A program made the position numbers and the translations under genes. Below, piece by piece: positions 21,916 through 31,790 of a DNA stretch of 64,000 bases. The notes under the pieces are model-generated. The model saw nothing but the letters and a program-made list of their open reading frames with translations, made no database searches and had not been told where the DNA came from. Numbering within the stretch: the first letter of the stretch is position 1; the number at the start of each line of letters is the position of its first letter. The DNA comes from an uncultured Xanthomonas sp. (lineage in GTDB: Bacteria; Pseudomonadota; Gammaproteobacteria; Xanthomonadales; Xanthomonadaceae): NCBI GenBank assembly GCA_964523435.1, contig CAZGBA010000004.1, positions 28,589-92,588 on the forward strand, given 5' to 3'.

Positions 21916-22260
21916 ATGACCGCTCCGCTGTCCTGCCCACAATGCACGCTCTCCAACACCTACCAGGACGGCGCCAACTTCGTCTGCGCCGATTGCGGCT
22001 ACGAATGGCCGGCAGCGGGCGATGCGGCTGCTGCGGATGCCGCCACCGTCGTGCGCGACAGCAATGGCAACCTGCTCGCCGATGGCGACACGGTGGTGGT
22101 GATCAAGGACCTGAAAGTGAAAGGCTCTTCGATTCCCCTGAAGCAGGGCACGGTGATCAAGCACATCCGTCTGGTGGATGGCGACGCTGAACATATCGAA
22201 GGCAATTCGGACAAGATCAAGGGCCTCGTGCTGAAGACCTGCTTCCTGCGCAAGGCCTGA
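21916..22260 (+). CDS. yjdM: PhnA/YjdM zinc-ribbon protein
   Basis: CPQC...CADCGYEW; [22 protein letters not shown]. Confidence 0.88.
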   Translation: MTAPLSCPQCTLSNTYQDGANFVCADCGYEWPAAGDAAAADAATVVRDSNGNLLADGDTVVVIKDLKVKGSSIPLKQGTVIKHIRLVDGDAEHIEGNSDKIKGLVLKTCFLRKA

Positions 22261-22309
22261 GCCCGTCCGTGCGCTCCTTGAGCACACGGAACGCCATCGC
22301 CGACCTCCA

Positions 22310-22474
22310 ATGATCGCGAAGCGCGATCTGCCGAAGAAGACATGCCCGGTCTGCGGGCGGGAATTTTCGTGGCGGAAGAAGTGGGCGCGAGACTGGCCGC
22401 AGGTGCGTTATTGCTCCGACGCCTGTCGCAAGGGCACGCCGCGCGGACACGCTGCACATTCCAACGATCTCTGA
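22310..22474 (+). CDS. DUF2256 small Cys-rich protein (54 aa, below ORF-track cutoff)
   Basis: Hand translation [40 protein letters not shown]. Confidence 0.85.
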   Translation: MIAKRDLPKKTCPVCGREFSWRKKWARDWPQVRYCSDACRKGTPRGHAAHSNDL

Positions 22475-22854
22475 GGTCGAGCGCGGCAAAGAATCACCGA
22501 GGTCGATCAGGGTGCAACCCGCAGAGCATATCGATCGAGATGCATCGTGGAGTGCATCGATCGAAGGCCATTCCGATGCTGCGGATCGACGCGTGTTCGA
22601 GCGTATTTTCTTCTCCGTGACGGAAGTCGACATCGCTCGCAATTGAATACGTATGCACGTGTTCTTGCTGCATTGCGATGTGGCCCTAGCATCCTTGCCA
22701 GTCGTGCGCTCAATGCCACGATGATGCGTCCGGAGCAGTGTCCGGTCGATCGTTCGCAGTCGTGCCCCGATCGTGCATGCCCGCACGAGTATGGGACAGG
22801 GAATGTTGCGCCCGCGAAGAGCGGGATTCCATCGTCTATTTCAGGAGAATCCAC

Positions 22855-24279
22855 ATGCCGTCTGTATCGAAGCTGTTCGTTCCGTTCCGCACCGGCGCGC
22901 TGCGCCTGTGTTCCGCGCTGTTGCTCGCAGGCGCCATGGCAGGCAATGCCCATGCCGATGCGATCCTGCATGCTTTCAACTGGCGTTATGCGGATGTCGA
23001 AGCGCGCGCTGCCACCATCCAGTCCGCCGGCTACAAGGCCGTGCTGGTCGCGCCGGCCTACAAATCGGCGGGCAGTCAGTGGTGGGCGCGCTATCAGCCG
23101 CAGGACTATCGGGTGATCCATCATCCGCTGGGCGATACCAATGCGTTCAAGAGCATGGTCAATGCCCTGAGAGCGCGCGGTGTCGACGTGTACGCCGATG
23201 TATTGATGAATCACATGGCCAACGAGTCCGCCCAGCGTTCGGACCTGAATTATCCGGGCACGAGTGTGCTCAACCTCTACAACAGCAATACCACGTACTA
23301 CAACGGCATACGCCTGTTCGGCAATCTGGGGTTCAATTTTCTCAGCGGCAACGATTTCGGAGAAACGCGCTGCATCGCCGATTACAACGATGTCTGGCAG
23401 GTGCAGAATTGGCGTCTGTGCGGCGGTGGCGGCGACGTCGGTCTGCCCGATCTCAAGAATGCCGCCTACGTGATTTCCCAGCAGCAGGAGTATCTGCGTC
23501 AATTGAAGACGATCGGCGTCAAGGGCTTCCGCATTGATGCCGCCAAGCACATGCCGCTGTCGCATCTCAACGGCGTGCTCACCGCAGACATCAAGAGCGG
23601 CGTGTATGTGTTCGGCGAAATCATCACCGGCGGCGGCTCGGGCAATCTCGAATACGACCGCTTCCTGCAGCCCTATCTGCAGAACACCAGCCACGCCGCC
23701 TACGATTTCCCGCTGCAGACATCGATCCGCAACGCGTTCTCCTTCAGCGGAAGTCTGTCCAGTTTGGGCGACCCGGCCGCCTACGGACAGGCGCTGGCGG
23801 GTTCGCGCGCACTGACCTTCACCCTGACCCACGATATTCCGAACAACAGCGGCTTTCGCTACGCGCTGATGGATCCGACCGATGAAACGCTGGCCTATGC
23901 CTATATTTTCGGGCGCAACGGCGGCAAGCCGATGGTGTATTCGGACAACAACGAAAGCGGCGACAACCGCTGGGTGAATGCCTACAACCGAAACGATATC
24001 AAGGGCATGATCCGCTTCCACAATGCGGTGCAGGGCAACGACATGCAGGTGCTGTCGAGCGGCAGCTGCCACATCATTTTCCGTCGCGGCAGTCTGGGCG
24101 TCGTCGGCATCAACAAATGCGGTAGCACGGTCAATGCATCGGTCAACATGAACAACAGCGTGCTGTGGTGGTACAGCAACTACACCGATACGTTGGGTTC
24201 CGGCAGCGTGGTCAACATCAACAGCGGCAACTACACCTTCAGTCTGCCGGCGCGCAGCGCCAGGATGTGGTTGCGCTGA
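22855..24279 (+). CDS. Secreted alpha-amylase (GH13)
   Basis: ILHAFNW, WWARYQP, DVLMNH, GFRIDAAKH, FGEII, THD; signal peptide. Confidence 0.92.
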   Translation: MPSVSKLFVPFRTGALRLCSALLLAGAMAGNAHADAILHAFNWRYADVEARAATIQSAGYKAVLVAPAYKSAGSQWWARYQPQDYRVIHHPLGDTNAFKSMVNALRARGVDVYADVLMNHMANESAQRSDLNYPGTSVLNLYNSNTTYYNGIRLFGNLGFNFLSGNDFGETRCIADYNDVWQVQNWRLCGGGGDVGLPDLKNAAYVISQQQEYLRQLKTIGVKGFRIDAAKHMPLSHLNGVLTADIKSGVYVFGEIITGGGSGNLEYDRFLQPYLQNTSHAAYDFPLQTSIRNAFSFSGSLSSLGDPAAYGQALAGSRALTFTLTHDIPNNSGFRYALMDPTDETLAYAYIFGRNGGKPMVYSDNNESGDNRWVNAYNRNDIKGMIRFHNAVQGNDMQVLSSGSCHIIFRRGSLGVVGINKCGSTVNASVNMNNSVLWWYSNYTDTLGSGSVVNINSGNYTFSLPARSARMWLR

Positions 24280-24301
24280 TCACGATCCTGATCGGGTGAC
24301 A

Positions 24302-24332
24302 GAAGCGGCCGGGCGAATGCCGGCCGTTTCTT
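24302..24332. terminator. Hairpin between amylase and M56 gene
   Basis: gaagcggccgg...ccggccgtttc. Confidence 0.55.
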
Positions 24333-24387
24333 CGCATGTTGCTCAGTGCCGATGTTGCTCAGTGCCGATGATTGTCATGGAATCGGC

Positions 24388-26274
24388 TCATTTACCACCC
24401 TGATCGAGCGCCGGTGCCGCGAGCCCCTTCGCGACTGCTTCATCCACGATGCTGCGGACCTCCCGGTCGATCCTGGCCATCTCGGCTTCCTGTTCGCTGC
24501 CGAGCATCTGCATCTTCGCGCCCAGGGCGTCCAGCGGCGCCGTTGCCGCTTCGATCTCGTCCTCCAGCGCGGCGAGCGGTGCAAGATCGGCTTCGAGCTT
24601 TGCGGATTCGACTTCGATCACGCTTTCGAGGGATTCCATTTCCGCGCCCAGTGTTTCCATCTGCGCATCAAGCGCGTCGATCTTGCCTTCGGCTTCGGCC
24701 ATCGCGACTTCGTCGCTGGGGTCTGCGACCATGGCCATTGCGAGCGTTGCCTGCTGCTGAGCCAGTGTGCCCTGGCGCTCCGCCAATCGATGCAGTGCGT
24801 CGATGGCGTTTCGCATCGCAGGACTCTGCTCGTGTGCGGCCGCTGTCGTTTCGATCCGCCGACCGATCGCTTCGATTTCGTCCGATCGCGCCTGCATCTG
24901 CGCACTCAGGGCTTCCATCTCGGCATCGCGCCGTTCGCTGGTCGTCCAGGTGGCGCGGATGCGCGCGAGAGTGGCGGGGTCGCGCAGAACATAGGCCTTG
25001 CCGTCGCGGCGGAACCAGAGGAAGTCGCCGTCGATGCGCGACTGTGCGGCACGGATGGCATCGATCTCATCGGTGCTGCCGGACATCGACAGCCGATCGC
25101 TGTCGCCATCGACCAGCGCATAAGTACCGATGGATTCCAGCCGGGGGGCCGATGCGCCCGCGCTCGCGGCAGACAGCGCGCCTACGGAGACTTTCGGGGT
25201 GACGATGGCGGGTACGCGCACCTGCGCCGTCTGCGCATAGGCCAGAACACCGGCGCAGGCGAGAGCGAGACCGGCGACAGGGATCATGATGACGGCTGTG
25301 GGAGTGCGTGGTTGCGGGCGAAGCAGGCTCTGGATACGGGACATGAGATGACCTCCGTGCGCGGCTTGGGCGAGTGACGGGATGAGGGGAGTGAGGCGGT
25401 CCAGCTCGGCGAGCGCGTGCGCGAGCCGTCTCGGTTCGCCGATGACACCGGCGGCGAGCGCGTCGGCGACGCGCTCGCGCTCCAGACGGATGCGATGCGA
25501 CAGCCACCACACCACCGGGTGATGGAACAACAGCGCTTCAGCGATGCGCTGGAGCAGGTTGACGAGGTAGTCGTGACGGCGGATGTGCGCGAGTTCGTGC
25601 GCGAGCAGCGCATCGATCATCTCCACCGGCATGCGCGTGAGCAGCGCGGCCGGCATCAGCACCATCGGCCGCAAGACCCCGGCCGACAACGGCCCGCTGA
25701 TGTGCGATGCGTCGTCGAGCACGGCGAGGCGGACCCCCGGCAGACCGAACTGCTTCGCCAGACCATCCAGCCGGTGTTGCCACGTCGGGTCGTCGGAGGC
25801 TTGCGCGCTGCGTCGCAGCCTGGCGACCCAGCGCAGTCCCGCGAGCAGCCGCAGCAGCATCGCGCCGCTGCCGACAGCCCATAACGCGGCGATCCACGGC
25901 AGCATGCGATCGAATGGAATCGCATCCGACAGGATGCTGCGGAGTGGATCCGTGTCGATCGGAAACAGCGCATTCTTCATCGCGGCTTGCGCATCTGCGC
26001 TGCCGAGCATCGAAAGATCCGCTGCGGACAGCATGGGATGCGGTGCGGACAATGCGTGCGCGAGTTGCGCGGCCGGCCACACGACGCAAGCGGCCAGGGC
26101 TGTGCAGGCTGCGGCGTATCGCGCTTGCGGTGTCGCGTTGCGCAGGGCATGCAGCGCGAGCCACGCGATCAGCCCGATCGCTGCGCACTGCCAGAGCGAA
26201 TGCAGCAGCGCGAGCCCGAGCGCATGGACGAAAATCCCCGGTGCCGGAAGCGAGGACCACATGGACTCAATCAT
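24388..26274 (-). CDS. BlaR1/peptidase M56 membrane sensor-protease with coiled-coil periplasmic domain
   Basis: LLHSLWQ, HELAHIRRHD, HPVVWW, ERERVAD; follows BlaI gene. Confidence 0.9.
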   Translation of the reverse strand: MIESMWSSLPAPGIFVHALGLALLHSLWQCAAIGLIAWLALHALRNATPQARYAAACTALAACVVWPAAQLAHALSAPHPMLSAADLSMLGSADAQAAMKNALFPIDTDPLRSILSDAIPFDRMLPWIAALWAVGSGAMLLRLLAGLRWVARLRRSAQASDDPTWQHRLDGLAKQFGLPGVRLAVLDDASHISGPLSAGVLRPMVLMPAALLTRMPVEMIDALLAHELAHIRRHDYLVNLLQRIAEALLFHHPVVWWLSHRIRLERERVADALAAGVIGEPRRLAHALAELDRLTPLIPSLAQAAHGGHLMSRIQSLLRPQPRTPTAVIMIPVAGLALACAGVLAYAQTAQVRVPAIVTPKVSVGALSAASAGASAPRLESIGTYALVDGDSDRLSMSGSTDEIDAIRAAQSRIDGDFLWFRRDGKAYVLRDPATLARIRATWTTSERRDAEMEALSAQMQARSDEIEAIGRRIETTAAAHEQSPAMRNAIDALHRLAERQGTLAQQQATLAMAMVADPSDEVAMAEAEGKIDALDAQMETLGAEMESLESVIEVESAKLEADLAPLAALEDEIEAATAPLDALGAKMQMLGSEQEAEMARIDREVRSIVDEAVAKGLAAPALDQGGK

Positions 26275-26653
26275 CGCTGTTCTCCGCGAGAAAACGCTGG
26301 ATTTCGGCGCGCTCCTCGTCGCTGACGTGGCCGCGCAGCGCCGCCATCACCAGATCCTTGCCGGAGCCCGAAAACGCTTTGTGGATCAGATCGCCCAACA
26401 GATTCGTCTGCAGCGACCGCTGCGCCTGGGCAGCGGCATAGACGTGCGAACGCTGGCTTTCGTCGCGGCTCAGCAGGCCTTTGCCGTGCATGATCTGCAG
26501 GACTCGCAGGACAGTGGCGTAGGCGGCATCGGGTCGTTCGCGCTGCCGTGCTTCATGCACCTGTTTCACCGTGCTGGGGCCCAGTTGCCAGAGCAATCTG
26601 AGCAGATCCAGTTCGGCGGGCGTGGGCTTCGGTGGTTTGACGGTTCGGGGCAT
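26267..26653 (-). CDS. BlaI/MecI/CopY family transcriptional repressor
   Basis: PTPAELDLLRLLWQLGPSTVKQVHE, YATVLRVLQIMHGKG; start may be 26683. Confidence 0.9.
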   Translation of the reverse strand: MPRTVKPPKPTPAELDLLRLLWQLGPSTVKQVHEARQRERPDAAYATVLRVLQIMHGKGLLSRDESQRSHVYAAAQAQRSLQTNLLGDLIHKAFSGSGKDLVMAALRGHVSDEERAEIQRFLAENSDD

Positions 26654-26695
26654 GTCGGGCTCGGCCAAAGACGCAATGGACATACGCTACCTCTG

Positions 26696-26728
26696 CTAGA
26701 ACACTTTGTCTAGAACAAAATTTCTAGA
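26696..26728. promoter_or_regulatory. Probable BlaI-family operator: overlapping CTAGA-N8-TCTAG palindromes
   Basis: ctaga-acactttg-tctaga-acaaaatt-tctaga directly upstream of the repressor. Confidence 0.65.
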
Positions 26729-27128
26729 TCATCGGTGAACCGCTTCTGCTGACTCGGCAGCTGCCGACCAGCGCGGCAGAACCATGGCGACCGGCCTTGG
26801 CGATGTTGCCGGTGCGGGTCTTGATCGGCTGCACTCGCTGTGTTGTACAGGGAAGAGAGGGGATGACCGGCATCGAATCGGTCGTAGCCGGTCACCGCCT
26901 TGCGGCAAAAAACGTCCACAATGTGCATGTCGCATCGCTGTCACGCATTCGGACAAGGGCTGTTGATTATTTGCAACAACAGCCACTGATGATCGTCCGT
27001 TGATGTCCGGCTTTGTGGACGTGTGACGTTGGTGGATAATGCACCGGGGACGGGATCCAAGAGCAGCGCGCTGTATGCGTTGCCAAGCCCGGCAAAAGGG
27101 GCGCGATCGGCACAGGGGGCATGTGCAG

Positions 27129-27181
27129 AAAAGCCTGGAACATCCGGAATGCATCGGGCATTGCGGATGCGGGCTTTTTTG
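27129..27181 (+). terminator. Terminator-like hairpin with U-tract in leader of EPS priming transferase
   Basis: aaaagcctg..catccg.aatgc / gcatt.cggatg.cgggcttttt. Confidence 0.5.
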
Positions 27182-27230
27182 GTTTGTCGGACCGGTCGCG
27201 ACTCGACATGGTAGTGGTGAGGGGGGATTC

Positions 27231-28625
27231 GTGAGGACTGTACGTTCAAGTCGCAATACGCTGGCGATCCGCGGTCTTTGGATCGTCGAGCTGTGTGTTC
27301 TGATGTTGTCGGTCGTGGTGGCTGCACGGTTGCGCTTTCATGCGGACCCGTCGGGTTTCGAGAATTTCATAGGTGGGCTCGTCGCGCGCGCGGCGCTGGT
27401 CGCCCTGTGCGTTACCGGCGCGATGCTCGCCTTCGGTCTGTATCAGACCTATGTACGCCACAACCGTGTCGATCTGCTGCTGCGGATCGCCATGTCTTTT
27501 GCACTGGGCGGCATCGCTTTGCTGGTGCTGTACTACATCGTTCCGGTCACCTACATCGGCCGTGGCGTGCTCGCGATCTCGCTGTCCATCGGCATGGGCG
27601 CGGTGCTCGGGGTGCGCTACGTCGTGTCGCATCTGTCGGCGGCGGAAATGCTCAAGCAGCGCGTAATGGTTTACGGGGCGGGCAACAACGCGAATCTGAT
27701 CAATACCCGGCTGCGCCGGAAAACCGACCGGAAATCCTTCAACCTTCTGGGATTCGTGCCCGCTGCGAACCAGCCGATCGTGGTTGATGAAGAACTGCTG
27801 ATCCGCACCGACGAAGCACTGTGCGCGTTGGCCAGTCGGCTCAATGTCGATGAAATCGTGATCGCACCGGACGAGCGGCGCGGCGGCATGCCGATGGAGC
27901 AGATGCTGAATGCCGTGCAGAAGGGCGTTAAGGTCACCGACCTGTCGACGTTCTTCGAGCGCGAAGCCGGCATGGTCCAACTCAATATCGTCGACCCGTC
28001 CTGGCTGGTGTTCTCCGGCGGCTTCGATTACTCCACGCCGCGAAGACTCACCAAACGATTCTTCGATCTGCTCGCCGCGGCAGCACTGCTGGCTGTGGCG
28101 TGGCCGGCGATGCTGCTGGTCGCACTGGCGGTGAAACTCGAATCGAAAGGTCCGGTGATCTACCGCCAGATCCGCGTCGGCGAGCATGGCCGTCACTTTG
28201 AAATGGTGAAGTTCCGCAGCATGCGCGTGGATGCCGAAAGCGACGGCGTGGCGCGCTGGGCGACGAAGGACGACGACCGCAGTACGCGCATCGGCAAGTT
28301 CATCCGCAAGACGCGTCTCGACGAGTTGCCGCAACTGTTTCTGGTGCTGACCGGGGAGATGAGTTTCGTCGGCCCGCGTCCGGAACGTCCGCAATTCGTG
28401 GAAATGCTCAACAGCGAAATCCGTTACTACGACGTGCGTCATTCGGTGAAGCCCGGGCTGACCGGTTGGGCGCAACTGCGCTATCCGTACGGCGCATCGG
28501 TGCGCGATGCGAACGAAAAGCTCAAGTACGACCTGTTCTACGTCAAGAATCACGGCCTGATCTTCGATGTGATGATCATGCTGCAGACGGTGGAAGTGGT
28601 GCTGTTCGGACGCGGTGCGCGCTGA
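27231..28625 (+). CDS. Undecaprenyl-phosphate priming sugar transferase (TIGR03013-like)
   Basis: KRFFD, KFRSM, RLDELPQL, GEMSFVGPRPERP, KPGLTGWAQ, ends VLFGRGAR. Confidence 0.92.
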   Translation: MRTVRSSRNTLAIRGLWIVELCVLMLSVVVAARLRFHADPSGFENFIGGLVARAALVALCVTGAMLAFGLYQTYVRHNRVDLLLRIAMSFALGGIALLVLYYIVPVTYIGRGVLAISLSIGMGAVLGVRYVVSHLSAAEMLKQRVMVYGAGNNANLINTRLRRKTDRKSFNLLGFVPAANQPIVVDEELLIRTDEALCALASRLNVDEIVIAPDERRGGMPMEQMLNAVQKGVKVTDLSTFFEREAGMVQLNIVDPSWLVFSGGFDYSTPRRLTKRFFDLLAAAALLAVAWPAMLLVALAVKLESKGPVIYRQIRVGEHGRHFEMVKFRSMRVDAESDGVARWATKDDDRSTRIGKFIRKTRLDELPQLFLVLTGEMSFVGPRPERPQFVEMLNSEIRYYDVRHSVKPGLTGWAQLRYPYGASVRDANEKLKYDLFYVKNHGLIFDVMIMLQTVEVVLFGRGAR

Positions 28626-28664
28626 AGCGGGATCGCCAGCCGGCGCGCAGGAGTTCCGGCGCGT

Positions 28665-29621
28665 TCAGCCCCGGCCGAGCATGACGCTGAGCAGACGTTT
28701 CGCGGCGAACGGCAGCAGCGCGAGCGCGCTGTTGCGCGTCGAGGCATCCGGCGCCAGCCGCCATCCGGCCAGCCACAGTTTTCGCGCATCTCGCCAGCGC
28801 CGCCGCATCAGCATGCCGCGCGCGTTGCGCAGGTAGGTCAGCGCCATGGCCTCGTGGCGTATCGAATCGTCGACCAGGCCTTCGGCATCGGCGATCGCGC
28901 GTTCGACGACTTTCACATAGTCGTCGTAGGTGGTCGCTTCTCCGGACAGGCCGTCCTGATGCCCGCGCATCGCTTCGACCAGTTCGGCTTCGATCACGCC
29001 GATCTGCCATCGGCGGGCCACGCGCAAATGGAAGTCGAGATCCTCGGCGGTGCGCAGCGACGGATCGAAGCCGCCGCAGGTCGCGAAGACTTCGCGACGC
29101 ATCATCGTCGATGCCGGCACCAGCGATGGATTCAGCAGCAGGCGCTGCAGCACCCAGCCGTCTTCGGGCAGCACTTCGCGACGATGGAATACATTGTAGG
29201 GCTTGCGATCGGCATCGACGCGGACCACATCGCACAGCACCATGCCGAAATCCGGATGCGCATCGAGCCAGGCCGCCTGGCGTTCGGTTTTCTCGGCGCG
29301 CCATGCGTCGTCGCTGTCCAGCAGCGCGAAATAGCGGCCGCGGGCGATGGCCATGCCAGCATTGCGGGCAGCGGAAACGCCGGCGTTGGCCTGCCAGTGA
29401 TAGTGGATGCGTTCTCCATAGCGTGCGCGCAGCGCATCGCCGGTGCCGTCGGTGGAGCCGTCGTCGATGACGATGATTTCGTCGATCCGGCGCGTCTGCG
29501 CCAGGACCGAGTCGATCGCGTGCTGTACCAGCTCGCGCCGGTTGTAGGTCGGTATAATCGCCGACACTTCGACCGGTGTTCCGGTCGTTTCTTCGGTGGA
29601 AGCTTCGGTCAGCCGCGCCAT
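28665..29621 (-). CDS. Glycosyltransferase family 2
   Basis: IIPTYNR, IDDGSTD, GVSAARN, LDSDD, AEDLD. Confidence 0.9.
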   Translation of the reverse strand: MARLTEASTEETTGTPVEVSAIIPTYNRRELVQHAIDSVLAQTRRIDEIIVIDDGSTDGTGDALRARYGERIHYHWQANAGVSAARNAGMAIARGRYFALLDSDDAWRAEKTERQAAWLDAHPDFGMVLCDVVRVDADRKPYNVFHRREVLPEDGWVLQRLLLNPSLVPASTMMRREVFATCGGFDPSLRTAEDLDFHLRVARRWQIGVIEAELVEAMRGHQDGLSGEATTYDDYVKVVERAIADAEGLVDDSIRHEAMALTYLRNARGMLMRRRWRDARKLWLAGWRLAPDASTRNSALALLPFAAKRLLSVMLGRG

Positions 29622-30654
29622 GCTCAAGGATTTCGCCAGAAAATGTCTGTATGCCAGCGGTGCGCTCGGTCTCTATCACCGCGCACGCAATGCCGACAGT
29701 CTAACGGTGATGATGTTCCACCGCACGTTGCGCGGGACCGACCCGCGTGCGGCGTCCTGCGATCCGGACTATACCCTCGACGAAGACCTGTTCGTCGATT
29801 CGCTGGCGTTCTTCAAGCGTCACTATCGCGTGATTGCATTGGAACAGCTGCTGCGCGCCCGCCGCGACGGCTCCGGCCTGCCGACCCGTGCGCTGCTGAT
29901 CACCTTCGACGATGGCTGGCTGGACAATGTCGATTACGCGATGCCTGCGCTGCAGCGCGCCGGTCTGCCGGCGGTGATGTTCGTGGCGGCCGATGCGGTG
30001 GGCGCGCGCCAGCCCTTCTATCAGGAGCGGGTCATCGCGGCCTGGCGCTTGGGCAGGTTGACCGTCGATGCGCTGGCCGCGACGGTGATCGAGCACGGCG
30101 GCGAGCCCGCGCGTCACGACGGGATCGCTGGCGTGCGGGAGCTGATCGCGCAACTCGAAACGATGCCGCCAGCCCAGCGTTCTGCGGTGCTCGAACGCCA
30201 TGCTGCAGCGCTCGATGACGGCCTGCAGCACATGATCGATGTCGACGATCTCTCCCGTCTGCGTGCTGGCGGGATCGAGCTGGGACTGCACGGGAAAACC
30301 CATACGCCGCTGCTGCGCGCCGCCGATCCGGATGCCGAGCTCGGCGGTGCGCGCAGGGCGATGGCCGCGATGCTGGATACGCCGGATGGAATGGCGACGC
30401 CGGCCTGCGCGACGATGTCCTTTCCGCATGGCGCGTTCGACGATGCGATCGCCGCGCGGGCGCTCGCGAGCGGTTACGAACTGCTGTTCACCAGCGTGCC
30501 GGTGTTGAATGCGACGGGCGCGCGGCCATCGTGGCTGCTCGGCCGCACAGGCTATGAAACCGGCACGGTGGTCGATCGCAGCGGTAAGTTCTGCCCCGAA
30601 CGGCTTGCGTGGTATCTGTTCCGCCGCCCGACGCAGCGTTTGCGTCCGGATTGA
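29620..30654 (+). CDS. Polysaccharide deacetylase family protein
   Basis: MFHR, LITFDDGW, GLHGKTH, SFPHG. Confidence 0.85.
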   Translation: MLKDFARKCLYASGALGLYHRARNADSLTVMMFHRTLRGTDPRAASCDPDYTLDEDLFVDSLAFFKRHYRVIALEQLLRARRDGSGLPTRALLITFDDGWLDNVDYAMPALQRAGLPAVMFVAADAVGARQPFYQERVIAAWRLGRLTVDALAATVIEHGGEPARHDGIAGVRELIAQLETMPPAQRSAVLERHAAALDDGLQHMIDVDDLSRLRAGGIELGLHGKTHTPLLRAADPDAELGGARRAMAAMLDTPDGMATPACATMSFPHGAFDDAIAARALASGYELLFTSVPVLNATGARPSWLLGRTGYETGTVVDRSGKFCPERLAWYLFRRPTQRLRPD

Positions 30655-30718
30655 GCGCCGCCGATGCGGACGGCGCGGTGTTCGCCGGTCGACAGCGGCG
30701 TCTCCCGGAGGCGCCTGC

Positions 30719-31786
30719 TTATTCGTCCTCGTCCGCCGAGACGAGATGCAGCGAGGGCGTCGCATCCTCCTGCCTCGCGCCCCAATGCCCGAACACCGGA
30801 CGCTTGCTGCGTGCGCTGAAACCGGCGTCCAGCCATGGCTGCAGGCGTTCGGTGGAGGTCGCCAATTCGATCGAGATCGCCGCATGACCAGCTTTGCGTA
30901 CCGCGCGCAGCAGAGCGGCGAGCACGCCCGGCGCGATCTGCGCGCCGTCGTTCGACCAGAAATCGTGCACGTGCAGGGTGTGGCCGTCCAGCCGGGTCGC
31001 GAACCACGCGACCGGCGTTTCACCATCGGACAACAGCAGATGCCGGAACGGCAGTAGACCATCCACGACGGGCGCATCGTCGAAGCGCCAGCGCAGATGC
31101 GCTGCATCGCGCAACGCGGTCAAAGCCGAGGGTTTCGGAGAGTGGTCCCAGATCGGGGCGATGTCGGGTACACGATCGAACCACTGCGCTCGAAGTGAAC
31201 AGCCGGCCCGCCAGCGCCATGCATCGCGCACACGATGGCCGAGATCCACGAGTACGCCCAGCGGCGACGCCAGCCATGTCGGCAGCGCCGGCCAGCGGCG
31301 GTGGACGTATTCCGCATGCCGCAACACCCGCGCATGTCGCACCATGTCGGCGAGATGCCGGTAGCCGATGCGCTTGAACACCGGCGCGGCCTTGGGATTG
31401 GGGAAGCAGTAGAGCACGTCGAGTTCGCGTCGCCCGGCGGCGAACAGGCCCTGCTGCAGGATCAGCGCCGGGCCGAGCGAGCGGTGCTCGGGCGTCACTG
31501 CGAGGTCGACCATCACGCCGGCGCGCGTTTCGTGTCCGTCGAGCAGCATCCGTCTGCGTCCGGCGGAGCACACCCCGACCGGCGCTTCGGTGTTGGCGTG
31601 CATCAGCAGTTGCAGCAGCGGTGCCCCTGCGGGTGCGCGGTGATAGAACCAGTCGTACTTGGCCGCCATTCGCGCGTCGCGACCGAGATTGCCGTGCCAG
31701 ACCGCAAGCACCGCTTCGCGGTCGGTGATGGCATCTCCTTCGCGCGTCGCGTATTGCGGGGGCGTCGGCTGTGCGCTCACGGCCAT
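30719..31786 (-). CDS. GNAT-family acyltransferase
   Basis: DLAVTPEHRSLGP acyl-CoA-binding-like motif, FPN. Confidence 0.7.
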   Translation of the reverse strand: MAVSAQPTPPQYATREGDAITDREAVLAVWHGNLGRDARMAAKYDWFYHRAPAGAPLLQLLMHANTEAPVGVCSAGRRRMLLDGHETRAGVMVDLAVTPEHRSLGPALILQQGLFAAGRRELDVLYCFPNPKAAPVFKRIGYRHLADMVRHARVLRHAEYVHRRWPALPTWLASPLGVLVDLGHRVRDAWRWRAGCSLRAQWFDRVPDIAPIWDHSPKPSALTALRDAAHLRWRFDDAPVVDGLLPFRHLLLSDGETPVAWFATRLDGHTLHVHDFWSNDGAQIAPGVLAALLRAVRKAGHAAISIELATSTERLQPWLDAGFSARSKRPVFGHWGARQEDATPSLHLVSADEDE

Positions 31787-31790
31787 GCGC

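Noticed and set aside
24336-24370. 16-bp tandem duplication (also a 14-bp one near 41740)
   Set aside because: Only two adjacent copies with no spacers; not CRISPR, likely slippage.
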